Shown here: piece by piece, positions 28,077 through 37,660 of the stretch
Layout: each line of letters begins with the position of its first letter
How positions within the stretch are numbered: the stretch's first letter is position 1
Assembly (NCBI GenBank): GCA_963806035.1
Contig: CAWDWO010000022.1
Location: forward strand, 1 to 64,000
Length of the DNA stretch: 64,000 nt
DNA from: Candidatus Krumholzibacteriota bacterium
Lineage (GTDB): Bacteria > Krumholzibacteriota > Krumholzibacteriia > JAJRXK01
Direction: 5' to 3'
Made by a program: the position numbers and the translations under genes
Notes under the pieces: model-generated
Databases searched by the model: none
Told to the model about the DNA's origin: nothing
Seen by the model: the letters and a program-made list of their open reading frames with translations, nothing else

Positions 28077-28772
28077 CTAGCTCTTGCTCGCCGAGTGCTC
28101 GTTCAGACGGCCCTCGTCAAGCGTGTACCACCGGTCCGCGCGCGCCGCCGCCCGTTCGTCGTGAGTGACGACGACCACGGCCAGGTCCTCTTCGTCGCGC
28201 GCCTGAAGCAGGAGCTGCGTGAGTTCGGCCGCGCGCCCTGAATCCAAATTACCCGCTGGTTCGTCCGCCAGCAACAGACGCGGATGATTCATCAAAGCCC
28301 GCGCCACCGCCACTCGCTGTTGCTCGCCGCCCGAGAGCTCCCCGGGTCGGTGGTCGGCGCGGTCGAGCAGACCCACGCGGGAAAGGAGTTCCTGCGCTCT
28401 CGCGCGTGCTTCGCTCAGAGAGCCCCCCGCGATCCGCGCCGGCATCATGATGTTCTCCAGAGCGGTGAAGTCGGGAAGCAGGTGGTGGAACTGAAACACG
28501 AAGCCCACCGCCTGGTTGCGTAGACGGCTCAACTCGACCGGCCGCAAGGAGAGGATCTCCTCTCCCCCCCAACAGATCGAGCCGGACACGGGACGATCGA
28601 GGGAACCCAGCAGGTTCAAGAGAGTGGTTTTTCCCGAGCCGCTGCCTCCGGTCACCGCGACCACTTCGCGGGGAGCCACTTTCAAGTCGACGCCGCGCAG
28701 GACCGTCACGTCGCGCTTCATGGTGTGATAGGCCATGTGGAGTCCGCTCGCCTCGAGCCAGGGCTCATTCAT
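28077..28772 (-). CDS. lolD: Lipoprotein-releasing ABC transporter ATPase LolD
   Basis: GGSGSGKTT, GFVFQFHHLLPDFTALEN, LSGGEQQRVAVARAL, ADEP.GNLD. Confidence 0.92.
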   Translation of the reverse strand: MNEPWLEASGLHMAYHTMKRDVTVLRGVDLKVAPREVVAVTGGSGSGKTTLLNLLGSLDRPVSGSICWGGEEILSLRPVELSRLRNQAVGFVFQFHHLLPDFTALENIMMPARIAGGSLSEARARAQELLSRVGLLDRADHRPGELSGGEQQRVAVARALMNHPRLLLADEPAGNLDSGRAAELTQLLLQARDEEDLAVVVVTHDERAAARADRWYTLDEGRLNEHSASKS

Positions 28773-30042
28773 AGCGAAGCACCTCCACCGGAGTGAAGCG
28801 CGTGGCGAACCACGAGGGAAGAAGGGTGGCCAGAAGGCACATCAAGAGGGTGACGCCTCCCACCAGCAGGAAGTCGCCCGCCTCCATGTGAACCGGGAGC
28901 TTATCCACGAAGTAGACGTCGGCCGGCGAGGGAAGTCCCATGCGCTCCACCAGAGTCCAAAGACCCTGACTGTCGAGAAAACGGCACAGCAGATAGCCCA
29001 GGATGGTCCCCAGAACCACGCCCCCGCCACCAATGATCATCCCCAACTGCACGAAGACGCCCACCAGCTGGTCCTTGCGCACCCCGAGGGAGAGGAAAAT
29101 TCCGATGTCGTGCTGCCGGTCGCGCACCATCATGAGCAGAATCGCGACCACCATGAAGCTCGCCACCAGGGTGATCAAAGACAGCAGAACGAACATCAGG
29201 ACCTTCTCGATCCGAATCCAGCGAAAGAGAGCGCTGTTGAGCGAGATCCAGTCGTTGGTGAAGTAGGGCAAGCCGAGCCGCTCAGCCAAGGAATCGGCGT
29301 AGGCGGGGGCGCGCATCATCCTATCCACCTTGACCCCCACCCCGTCGGCGCCACCGATGACCACGAAGATCTTGCGCACGGCATTGATGTCCATGTAGGC
29401 GAAGACGTCGTCGAACTGGTACATCCCGCTGGTGAAGATTCCCACCACCGCGACTTCCACGGAGTGCCCCTCGTATTGCCGCGAACCGCCCGTCTTGCGC
29501 ACGGTGGTGAGCGTGAGACGATCGCCGACCCCCACGCGGAGACTGCGGGCCAACATGTCTCCCAGCACGATTCCCGGCGTACCGGGGTCCACCCCCGTGA
29601 AGCCCTCGGTGGAAAAATCGGTGAAGGCCGGCGTCACCGTATCCAGAGTTTTGGTCACGCTTTTCTGTCGATTGGGATCGATGCCCCAGATCACGCAGGG
29701 CCGGTCCCTGGTGCGCCCTCCGAACCTCTCGAAGGTGAGCAGTGCCTCCTTGCGGATGTACGGAGCGGCGCCCACCACGGGAGGAAACTCCTTCACGCGG
29801 TCGACGATTTTCTCCACGTCGGAAAAACCCGAAGGGGCCTGGGTCATCACCGTGACCATGGGCATGTTTTCCACGAAGGTGAAACGAATCTGGTCCTGAA
29901 AGCCGTTCATCACGGCGAGGGTCGTGTCCAGGACCATGACGCCCAGGGTGATCCCCACGATGGCGATGATCGTGATGACGCTCACGAAGCGCGAGCGCTG
30001 GGTCCTCAGATAGCGCTGGGCGATGAAGGCGGCGAAACCCAT
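28765..30042 (-). CDS. lolE: Lipoprotein-releasing ABC transporter permease LolC/E
   Basis: FIAQRYL, AVMNGFQ, GIFTSGMYQFD, EKVLMF, YFVDKLP, PVEVLRYE. Confidence 0.9.
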   Translation of the reverse strand: MGFAAFIAQRYLRTQRSRFVSVITIIAIVGITLGVMVLDTTLAVMNGFQDQIRFTFVENMPMVTVMTQAPSGFSDVEKIVDRVKEFPPVVGAAPYIRKEALLTFERFGGRTRDRPCVIWGIDPNRQKSVTKTLDTVTPAFTDFSTEGFTGVDPGTPGIVLGDMLARSLRVGVGDRLTLTTVRKTGGSRQYEGHSVEVAVVGIFTSGMYQFDDVFAYMDINAVRKIFVVIGGADGVGVKVDRMMRAPAYADSLAERLGLPYFTNDWISLNSALFRWIRIEKVLMFVLLSLITLVASFMVVAILLMMVRDRQHDIGIFLSLGVRKDQLVGVFVQLGMIIGGGGVVLGTILGYLLCRFLDSQGLWTLVERMGLPSPADVYFVDKLPVHMEAGDFLLVGGVTLLMCLLATLLPSWFATRFTPVEVLRYE

Positions 30043-30083
30043 CTGCACCCTTTCGGCCCGGGCTATCACCCCGGCAAGACTGT

Positions 30084-31553
30084 CTATTCGGCCTCGGATC
30101 TCATCTGGGGGAAGAACAGCACGTCGCGGATGCTGTGACTTCCGGTGAAGAGCATGACGATGCGGTCGATCCCCAGTCCGAGTCCACCGGTGGGAGGCAT
30201 GCCGTATTCCAGCGCGCGCAGGAAGTCGTTATCCAGCTGCTGCGCCTCATCGTCGCCCTCTTCGCGCAAGCGAAGCTGGTCTTCGAAACGCGCTCTCTGG
30301 TCCTGCGGATCGTTCAATTCGCTGAACGCATTCCCCACTTCGAATCCGGCGATGAAGGGCTCGAAACGTTCCACCAGTTCTGGCTCGCTGCGATGCGATT
30401 TTGCCAGTGGACTCAGCTCCTTGGGATGGTCGCACACGAAAGTGGGCTGCACGAGACCGGGCTCGACTCTTTCGCTGAACAGCTCGTCGAGCAGCTTGCC
30501 CTTCCCCATGCTACTGTCGACCTCCACACCCAGCTGCTTCACCTGGGCGCGGGTCTGCTCCAAATCCAGCGGAGCGAAATCGATCCCGGTCGCTTCCTTC
30601 AGCAAATCGAGATAGCGTGCCCGGCGGAATCCACCCTTGAAATCGATCTCGTGGTCACCGTAGCGCAGGATGCCGTTCTCGGTGAATCGTTCGGCCAGGC
30701 GCGCAAAGATCCGTTCCACCAAACCCATGACGTCCTGATAGTCCCAATAGGCCGCGTAGCACTCCATCATGGTGAACTCGGGATTGTGCGTGCGGTCCAT
30801 CCCCTCGTTGCGGAAGTCCTTGGCGAATTCGAAAACGCGGTCGAAGCCGCCCACGATCAGCCGCTTCAAATACAGCTCGTTGGCGATGCGCAGGTAGACC
30901 GTCATGTTGCCCAGGGAATGGTAGTTGGTGGTGAAGGGCCGCGCCGTCGCCCCTCCGTAGAGGGGCTGGAGGATCGGAGTCTCGACCTCCAGAAAGCCCT
31001 CCTCCAAAAGCACCTCACGAATGGCGGCGATCACCTCGCTGCGGCGGCGAAAGGAGGAACGCACTTCCTCGTTCATGATCAAGTCGAGATAGCGCTGCCG
31101 ATAGCGGATTTCCTTGTCGGTGAGTCCATGCCACTTCTCGGGCAGAGGACGCAGCGCCTTGGTGAGAGCCGTGATCTTCTTGACGTGCACGGTGAGCTCG
31201 CCGGTCTTGGTTCGCATGAGCGAACCCTCGACTCCCACGAAATCGCCCACCTCCAGGAGTTTGTAGATCTCGTAGTTCTCCTCGCCCACCTCGTCTTTGC
31301 GGATGTAAATCTGCAGACGGGCGCGCTCGTCCTCGATGTGCGCGAAGCCCGCCTTCCCGTGGCGGCGCTTGGACATCATCCTTCCCGCCAGGCGCAGCGG
31401 CGCGGCGGAGGCGAGAAGTTCCTCGCCCTGCTGCAGGATCTGAGCGAGATGGTGCGTGCGGGCGAAAGCGTGGGGATAGGGGTCGACCCCCTGCTCCCTC
31501 AACCCCTGCAATCGTTCCAGGCGCATCTGTACGAGCCGGTGCTGATCTTCCAT
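30084..31553 (-). CDS. lysS: Lysine--tRNA ligase (class II)
   Basis: PLPEKWHGL, YRQRYLDL, GGATARPF, LRIANELYLKRL, FRNEG, HNPEFT, YGMPPTGGLGLGIDR. Confidence 0.97.
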   Translation of the reverse strand: MEDQHRLVQMRLERLQGLREQGVDPYPHAFARTHHLAQILQQGEELLASAAPLRLAGRMMSKRRHGKAGFAHIEDERARLQIYIRKDEVGEENYEIYKLLEVGDFVGVEGSLMRTKTGELTVHVKKITALTKALRPLPEKWHGLTDKEIRYRQRYLDLIMNEEVRSSFRRRSEVIAAIREVLLEEGFLEVETPILQPLYGGATARPFTTNYHSLGNMTVYLRIANELYLKRLIVGGFDRVFEFAKDFRNEGMDRTHNPEFTMMECYAAYWDYQDVMGLVERIFARLAERFTENGILRYGDHEIDFKGGFRRARYLDLLKEATGIDFAPLDLEQTRAQVKQLGVEVDSSMGKGKLLDELFSERVEPGLVQPTFVCDHPKELSPLAKSHRSEPELVERFEPFIAGFEVGNAFSELNDPQDQRARFEDQLRLREEGDDEAQQLDNDFLRALEYGMPPTGGLGLGIDRIVMLFTGSHSIRDVLFFPQMRSEAE

Positions 31554-31614
31554 GCTTCTTCCTAGGGTCGAGTTCGCAAGTGACTGATTTCCAAGGATAT
31601 CCACCGGGGCCGGT

Positions 31615-31643
31615 AGTATCGTAGGGCCCGCGGCAGCTGTCAA
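31615..31643 (-). promoter_or_regulatory. Possible sigma70 promoter for lysS (TTGACA-N17-GATACT)
   Basis: Perfect -35 overlapping the prfB stop, 17-nt spacer, 4/6 match at -10. Confidence 0.4.
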
Positions 31644-32741
31644 GCAGCCTGCCCCGACCAGCGGAGATAGGAGTCGATGAAGGTCCTCAGGTCGCCGTCG
31701 AGAACCCCTCTGGCGTCGCCAGTCTCCACCTCGGTGCGGTGATCCTTCACCTTGGTGTAGGGCTGCAGCACGTAGGAGCGGATCTGACTGCCGAAGTCGA
31801 TCTTCATCTTGCTCTCCTCCAGCTCCTGCTGCTTCGCCTGCTCCTCCTCCAGCTTCAGGTGGTAGAGGCGCGTCTTGAGCATCTGCATCGCCGATTCGCG
31901 ATTGCGGTGCTGGCTGCGCTCGTTCTGGCACTGCACGACGATCCCGGTGGGAAGGTGGGTGATCCGAATCGCGCTGTCCGTCTTGTTGACGTGCTGTCCC
32001 CCCGCGCCACTCGCGCGATAGGTGTCCACCCGCAGATCCTTGTCCTCGATCTCGACGTCGAAGTCCTGGTCCTCGACCAGCGGATACACGAAGACGGAGG
32101 CGAAGGAGGTGTGCCGGCGGCTCTGCGCGTCGAAGGGCGAAATCCGCACCAGACGATGGACGCCGCTCTCCCCCTTGAGATAGCCGTAGGCGAAGGACTC
32201 GGTGATCTCCACGGTGGCGCTCTTGATCCCCGCCTCGTCTCCCGGCGCGACTTCCATGAGCTTGAACTTCCAGCCCTCGGACTCGCAGAAGCGGCTATAC
32301 ATGCGCAGCAGCATCTCGGCCCAATCCTGGCTCTCGGTGCCTCCCGCACCGGGGTGGATTTCGATCATGGCTCCCTTGGAATCGTCGGGACCGCCGAGCA
32401 TGTACTGGCCTTCCAGCTCGCCGATCTTCTTCTCGGCTGCCGCCAGGGTCCGCTCGACTTCTTTCTGGGCCTCGGGATCCTCCTCGCCCATCTCCAGGTA
32501 GAGCTCGGCTTCCTCCAGCGTCTTTTCCAGTTCGTGGAGAGGTTCGGTCCAGCGCTTGATTCGATTGGACTCCTCGATCACTTCGCGGGCCGAGTCCTGA
32601 TCCGACCAGAAGTCCCCGGCCAGCATGGCCTTTTCCAGCTCCGCCAGACGAGCGTTCATCTGCGGGAGGTCAAAGACCCTCCTTGAGTCGAGTGGTTCTC
32701 TTGCGGATCTCTTGCAGAGAGGGTGTGCTTGCCTCGGTCAT
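31640..32741 (-). CDS. prfB: Peptide chain release factor 2 with programmed +1 frameshift
   Basis: ATG 32741, 22 codons, then CTT TGA C (32675-32669) preceded by internal SD AAGGAG. Downstream frame carries SPF and GGQ motifs. Confidence 0.97.
32669..32684 (-). other. prfB autoregulatory +1 frameshift site (AAGGAG-GGT-CTT-TGA-C)
   Basis: Canonical CUU UGA C slippery site with an SD-like sequence 3 nt upstream. Confidence 0.93.
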
Positions 32742-32746
32742 CAGTC

Positions 32747-33415
32747 TCAATCCTCCGGATGCCGGTTCAAAACGTAGGGGTCACTCAGGACCAGGGAGCT
32801 TCCCAATAAAGCGTCCATGTTAAGTAGCAGTTCTCGTCGGACTTGGCTAGCTGAGTCCGTGGTATCCAGGACGTAATCGGCCTCGCCCTCGTGCTCGACG
32901 ATCGCGGCCTGGCGTGACAGGCGTTCTCGCGCCTGCTCCTCGCTCAGCCCGTCCCGCTCCATGATGCGCCGCAGCTGGATCTCCGGCGCGGTCTTGGTCA
33001 AAAGGACCGCGTCACAGCGTATGCGCGGGGAGAAGACGAAGTGAAGCGCGGCATCCACCACGATCAGGGCGGCGGCCTGGCTGCGCCGCAGCGCCACGAT
33101 CCGCGCCTCGATCTCCTGCAAGAGCGGCGGATGCACCAGCTCGTTCAGCTTTTGCAGGGCCATGGGATCGGAAAACACGATCGCACCCAAGCGAGCGCGA
33201 TCGATGCGCCCGCGCTCACCCACGATCTCCGGCGAGAAGAACTCCTTCAAGCGAAGAACCGTCTCTTCTCGCAGGAGAATCTCGTGTCCCACGCGGTCTG
33301 CGTTCAGCACGAACGCGCCCCGTTGGGCCAACCACTCGCATACCGTGCTCTTGCCCGTACCGGTCTGGCCCGTGACCACCAGGACTTTCGCGCGCGCTTG
33401 TGTCGTTTCGTTCAC
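32747..33415 (-). CDS. coaE: Dephospho-CoA kinase CoaE
   Basis: VTGQTGTGKST, ADRVGH, IDRARLGAIVF, LNELVHP, RIMERDG; GTGA overlap with polA. Confidence 0.93.
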   Translation of the reverse strand: MNETTQARAKVLVVTGQTGTGKSTVCEWLAQRGAFVLNADRVGHEILLREETVLRLKEFFSPEIVGERGRIDRARLGAIVFSDPMALQKLNELVHPPLLQEIEARIVALRRSQAAALIVVDAALHFVFSPRIRCDAVLLTKTAPEIQLRRIMERDGLSEEQARERLSRQAAIVEHEGEADYVLDTTDSASQVRRELLLNMDALLGSSLVLSDPYVLNRHPED

Positions 33416-36258
33416 GGTTTCGCCTCGGCCCAATTCTCGCCGAAGGAGATGTCGACGAGCAAAGGGACGCTCAGATCGAAGACCCCCTCCATCTCTTCGC
33501 GAACCACGGCGGCAATCTCGTCCCTGTGCTTCTTCTCCACTTCCAGAACCAGCTCGTCGTGCACCTGCAAGAGGAGATTCGCGGGCAGCGTTTCGCGCAC
33601 GATCCTCGCATCCAGGCGAATCATGGCGACCTTGATGAGGTCGGCGGCAGAGCCCTGGATGGGCGTATTCACCGCGACGCGCTCGCCGAAGGAGCGCTGA
33701 CGGGGGTGGCTCGAGTTCAGTTCGGGGAGACGGCGGCGGCGGCCCAGGATGGTTCTCACTTCGCCCTCCTCCCTGGCTTTGGCGATGGTCTCGTCGATGA
33801 AGGCGCGGACCCTGGGAAAACGCGCGAAGTAGTCCTCGATGAACTGCTTGGCCTCAGAGCTCGAGACCGAGATCTGTTGCGCCAACGCGCGGGCGCCCAT
33901 CCCGTAGAGAATTCCGAAGTTGATCGCCTTAGCACGGGCGCGCATCGAGGGCTCGACTTCGTCCAGACCGACACCCGCAACCTCTGCCGCGGTGCGCGCG
34001 TGAATGTCCTCCCCGCGCGCGAAGGAGGCGATCATCGCCTCGTCCTGGGCGAAGTGAGCCATCAAGCGCAATTCGATCTGCGAGTAGTCCGAAGCCAGCA
34101 GGCACCAGCCCTTCTCACGCGGAATGAAGGCCTCGCGGATCCTCTTTCCCAAGACGCTGCGCACGGGGATGTTCTGCAGGTTGGGGTCGGTACTGCTGAG
34201 CCGTCCCGTCGCCGCCACTGCCTGGTTGAAGGAGGTGTGAACGCAACCGGTCTTCGGATTCACCAGGCGTGGTAGAGCCTCGGCATAGGTGGAAAGCAAT
34301 TTGGAAACGTGTCGGTATTCCAGCAGCGCCTTGGGCAAGGGGTGCTCCTCGGCGAGGCGGGTGAGCACCTCCACATCGGTGGAGTAACCGGTGGCGGTCT
34401 TCCTTCCCGTCTTCAGTCCGAGCTTACCGAAGAGGATGGCCTGCAGCTGCTTGGGACTGTTCAGATTGAAGGGCTCGCCCGCGAGTTCGTGACACTCTTC
34501 CTCCAGTTTGCCCATGGTGGTTTTCAGCTCTTTGGCCAGGCTGTCCAGCTGATTGCTGTCGAGCCGGATTCCCCGCCGCTCCATCCGCAAGAGAACCTGG
34601 GAGAGGGGCAACTCGACTTCGTTCATGAGCCGATCGAGATTCTCGGCCACGAGTCGGGGACGGAAGATCTGGCTGAGACGGAGAGCAACGTCCGCATCCT
34701 CGGCTGCGTACTCCCCCACTCTCTTCAACGGCAGCTCGCGGATGTCTTTCGTGCCCGAACCCTTGAACAATTCGGAGTAGGTGATGGTGGAAAGTCCGAG
34801 TTCCTCCGCGGCGAGCACGTCGAGATTGTGTTGCCTCCGCTCGGGAGCGAGCAGATAGCTCGCGATCATGGTATCGAAATCCACCCGGCCGACCGGTGCC
34901 CCGTGCTGGTCCAGCACCAGCTGGTCGTACTTGAGATTCTGCCCGAGGTAGGCTCGCTTGGGATCCGCGAATCGGGGCGCTACCCGCTTGCGGACCTCCT
35001 TCCACGGCAGACGAAGCTCTTCCTTCGATTCGGAAAAGAGGTCCGGGCCGGATTGGCCGCCCCCTCCGGACTCCACCGGGATGTAGTAGGCGCGACCCTC
35101 CTCCTTGCAGAGAGAGAGTCCCACCAGCTCGGCCTGCAACGGATCCAGCGAGGTCGTCTCGGTGTCCAGGGAGATGGGCCCATCGTGCCCGTCGAATTCT
35201 GCCAGGATTTCGTCGAGGCGCTCGAGGGACTCGACCAGCTCGTAGCGCCGATTGGCCGCGCCCTTGTGGTCTTCTTTCCGGTCTTCTTTCTGGTCCTCTT
35301 TCTGGTCCTCTTTCTGGTCTTTCCTCTGCGCTTCCTTCTCACCCTCTCCCTTGGTCTCTTCACTGAGCGAGGCGGAAGCTGGTCCTTGCCCCGAACTCTT
35401 GGGCAGGCGTTGCAACAGGCGCGTGAATTCGAGTTCGCGACACAACTCGTAGAAATCCGCGGGATACCCAGCCAGCTTGGCTTCGTCCCAGTTCATGCTC
35501 AGTGGCACGTTCTCGTCGATGGTCACCAGGCGCAGGCTCAACTCGATCATCTCGCGGTTCTCGAGCAGCTTCTCGCGGAGTTTGGGACGAATGCGAGAGT
35601 CGTCCAAATTCGCGAAAACGCCCTCGATGCTGCCGAAATCCGAGATGAGCTTGAGGGCGGTTTTCTCGCCCACGCCGGGAGCGCCCGGCACGTTGTCGGC
35701 CTTGTCCCCCATCAGGGCCAAAACCTGGAGAAACTGCGACGGGGCGAGACCGAGATCGCGCCGGATCGAGTCCTCGTCGAGGTAGAGGTCGTTGCCGCCC
35801 TTGCTCGCCGGCTTGAGAATTCCCACTCCGGGTCGGACCAGCGGAATGAAGTCCTTGTCCCCCGAGTAGATCCAGGCTTCGTCACCGCGTTCGACGGCCT
35901 GCCGAGCCAGAGTGGCCAGCACGTCGTCGGCCTCGTAGCGCGGTGGGGACAGAAGTGGAAGCCCCATCGCGCGCACCAGCTCGTGGACGCGCGGCACCTG
36001 CTCGCTGAGCTCCTGCGGCATGGGCGGACGATTCGCCTTGTACTGGGGATACATTTCGTGCCGGAAGGTGTCGCCCTTGGCATCGAAGGCGACCACCATC
36101 ATCTGCGCGCCCTCGTCCTCGCGGAGATGCACGAGTGCGGTGGCGACCCCGTAGGCGGCTGAAGTAGCTTCTCCGTGACTCGTGGTCAACGGTCTCCCGC
36201 GAAACGCAAAATGGCTGCGGTACAGAAGAGCCGACCCATCAACCAAGAGTAGTTTCAC
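33412..36258 (-). CDS. polA: DNA polymerase I
   Basis: 5'-3' exo (LVDGS, YKANR, EADD, GDKADNVPG), 3'-5' exo (DTETT), Pol A motifs (DYSQIELR, KAINFGILYG, QVHDEL). Confidence 0.98.
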   Translation of the reverse strand: MKLLLVDGSALLYRSHFAFRGRPLTTSHGEATSAAYGVATALVHLREDEGAQMMVVAFDAKGDTFRHEMYPQYKANRPPMPQELSEQVPRVHELVRAMGLPLLSPPRYEADDVLATLARQAVERGDEAWIYSGDKDFIPLVRPGVGILKPASKGGNDLYLDEDSIRRDLGLAPSQFLQVLALMGDKADNVPGAPGVGEKTALKLISDFGSIEGVFANLDDSRIRPKLREKLLENREMIELSLRLVTIDENVPLSMNWDEAKLAGYPADFYELCRELEFTRLLQRLPKSSGQGPASASLSEETKGEGEKEAQRKDQKEDQKEDQKEDRKEDHKGAANRRYELVESLERLDEILAEFDGHDGPISLDTETTSLDPLQAELVGLSLCKEEGRAYYIPVESGGGGQSGPDLFSESKEELRLPWKEVRKRVAPRFADPKRAYLGQNLKYDQLVLDQHGAPVGRVDFDTMIASYLLAPERRQHNLDVLAAEELGLSTITYSELFKGSGTKDIRELPLKRVGEYAAEDADVALRLSQIFRPRLVAENLDRLMNEVELPLSQVLLRMERRGIRLDSNQLDSLAKELKTTMGKLEEECHELAGEPFNLNSPKQLQAILFGKLGLKTGRKTATGYSTDVEVLTRLAEEHPLPKALLEYRHVSKLLSTYAEALPRLVNPKTGCVHTSFNQAVAATGRLSSTDPNLQNIPVRSVLGKRIREAFIPREKGWCLLASDYSQIELRLMAHFAQDEAMIASFARGEDIHARTAAEVAGVGLDEVEPSMRARAKAINFGILYGMGARALAQQISVSSSEAKQFIEDYFARFPRVRAFIDETIAKAREEGEVRTILGRRRRLPELNSSHPRQRSFGERVAVNTPIQGSAADLIKVAMIRLDARIVRETLPANLLLQVHDELVLEVEKKHRDEIAAVVREEMEGVFDLSVPLLVDISFGENWAEAKP
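35269..35328. repeat. In-frame 12-bp tandem repeat (5 imperfect copies) in polA linker
   Basis: gtcttctttccg/gtcttctttctg/gtcctctttctg/gtcctctttctg/gtctttcctctg; encodes QRKD-QKED-QKED-QKED-RKED. Confidence 0.85.
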
Positions 36259-36881
36259 GGAAGTATGTGCTCGCGATAGAGACCCTGCTTTTCGATGTAG
36301 TCGATGACCTTGGGGTTCATTCCCTTGGGCCGTTCGCCACGGGCCAAGCTCGCGCGCAGGTCCGTCGAGGAGAGGTTCACCGGCGGTCCGGTGAGCCAGA
36401 TGATCGAGCTGCCCATCACCGCGGACATCTTGCGGCCTCCCTCGCCGAAGGCTCCGCTGCGCCTGAGATCGACCGAACGCGGCATGACCACCGGCGGGGC
36501 CATCTGCAAGAGCCGGCGCGGCTCTCTCCAGCGCGGAAGCTCGCGCAGACTATCCTCTCCCAGGAGAAGATAAAAACGCGCCCCGAGATGGGTATGCGTG
36601 AGCGCGTCCACGGTCTGTACCGAATAGGCCACTTCCTGTTGATCGATCTCGATGGTGCAGATGGCCAGTCCCTTGTGCCCTTCGATCGCGAGCTCCAACA
36701 TCGCCAGACGATCCTCGGCGGGGCTCAAGACCTGTTCCGACTTGTGAGGCGGCTGCCACGCCGGCACGAACCAGACTTCCCGCAAGGACAGCTGCTTCTT
36801 GGCCCGCCGCGCGAGCTCCAGATGTGCATCGTGAACCGGATCGAAGCTGCCCCCGAAGAGTCCTATCCCGTGCCGAGTCAT
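36255..36881 (-). CDS. nadD: Nicotinate-nucleotide adenylyltransferase NadD
   Basis: GLFGGSFDPVHDAH, PPHK, LLGEDS, LSSTDLR, YIEKQGLY. Confidence 0.94.
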   Translation of the reverse strand: MTRHGIGLFGGSFDPVHDAHLELARRAKKQLSLREVWFVPAWQPPHKSEQVLSPAEDRLAMLELAIEGHKGLAICTIEIDQQEVAYSVQTVDALTHTHLGARFYLLLGEDSLRELPRWREPRRLLQMAPPVVMPRSVDLRRSGAFGEGGRKMSAVMGSSIIWLTGPPVNLSSTDLRASLARGERPKGMNPKVIDYIEKQGLYREHILP

Positions 36882-37660
36882 GAAGCGTCTCCCCCAGCCA
36901 CCTTCTGCGCCTTCTGTGCTTTCTTCAGCAGCCTCTCGGCCTTTCCATGATCCACGAAATCGGGCCAACGATCCACGAGCTCACGGAGCGCGGTCACCGC
37001 ATCCTGGTAGTTCTTCAGCTTGAGATCCGTCTGTCCCTTCAACATCAGGATCTTGGGCCGCAAGGGCGAATTGGGGCTCTCTTCGAGGATGTTGTCCAGA
37101 ACTTGATTCGCCGCGACCAGATGTCCTCTCCGCTCGTAGAAAGCGGCGGAGTCGAAATGTTTGCGATCGAGCTTGGCCTGCAATTGATCGAGTTCGTCAT
37201 GCACTTCCTTCACGTGCTTGCCGGAAGGATAGGTCTTCAAGTAGTGATTGAGCTTGTCCATCGCCTTCTTGGTAATCGTCTGATCGAGGCGATAGTCGGG
37301 GACTTGCTTCACATAGCTCAGTGCCTCGAGGTAGGCCGCATCATCCGCCAATTCACTGCTGGGATAGTCCACCTGCATGATCTCGAATTCCACCGCGGCC
37401 ACCGGATAGTCCTCGGTTTCCATGTAGGATTTCCCTACCAGAAATTGCGCATCGTCGGCCAGCGGATCCTGCGGATTCCTGCGAATGAACAGCTTCAGAT
37501 CCTCGATCGCATCCAGAGTCGCGCCGCCCTCGGCCTCGGACTTTCCGCGCTCGTAGCTCCCCTCGGGCAGCGCGTTCCAGGGATGGCTGCAGCCGAATGC
37601 ACCAACGAGCAAAAGCCCGAGCAGGAGAGTCAGCAGATGCGAGCGGGCGTCAGTGAACAC
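36878..37660 (-). CDS. bamD: Outer membrane protein assembly factor BamD
   Basis: Lipobox AFGC; TPR motifs ADDAQFL, YPSSELADDA, RLDQTIT.KA, YPSG.HV, KLDRKHF...FY. Start GTG 37660 (or ATG 37699). Confidence 0.87.
   Translation of the reverse strand: MFTDARSHLLTLLLGLLLVGAFGCSHPWNALPEGSYERGKSEAEGGATLDAIEDLKLFIRRNPQDPLADDAQFLVGKSYMETEDYPVAAVEFEIMQVDYPSSELADDAAYLEALSYVKQVPDYRLDQTITKKAMDKLNHYLKTYPSGKHVKEVHDELDQLQAKLDRKHFDSAAFYERRGHLVAANQVLDNILEESPNSPLRPKILMLKGQTDLKLKNYQDAVTALRELVDRWPDFVDHGKAERLLKKAQKAQKVAGGDAS

Noticed and set aside
35269..35328. Tandem repeat as a possible CRISPR or mobile-element remnant
   Set aside because: The units are 12 bp, contiguous with no spacers, and in frame within polA. 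No cas genes are present.
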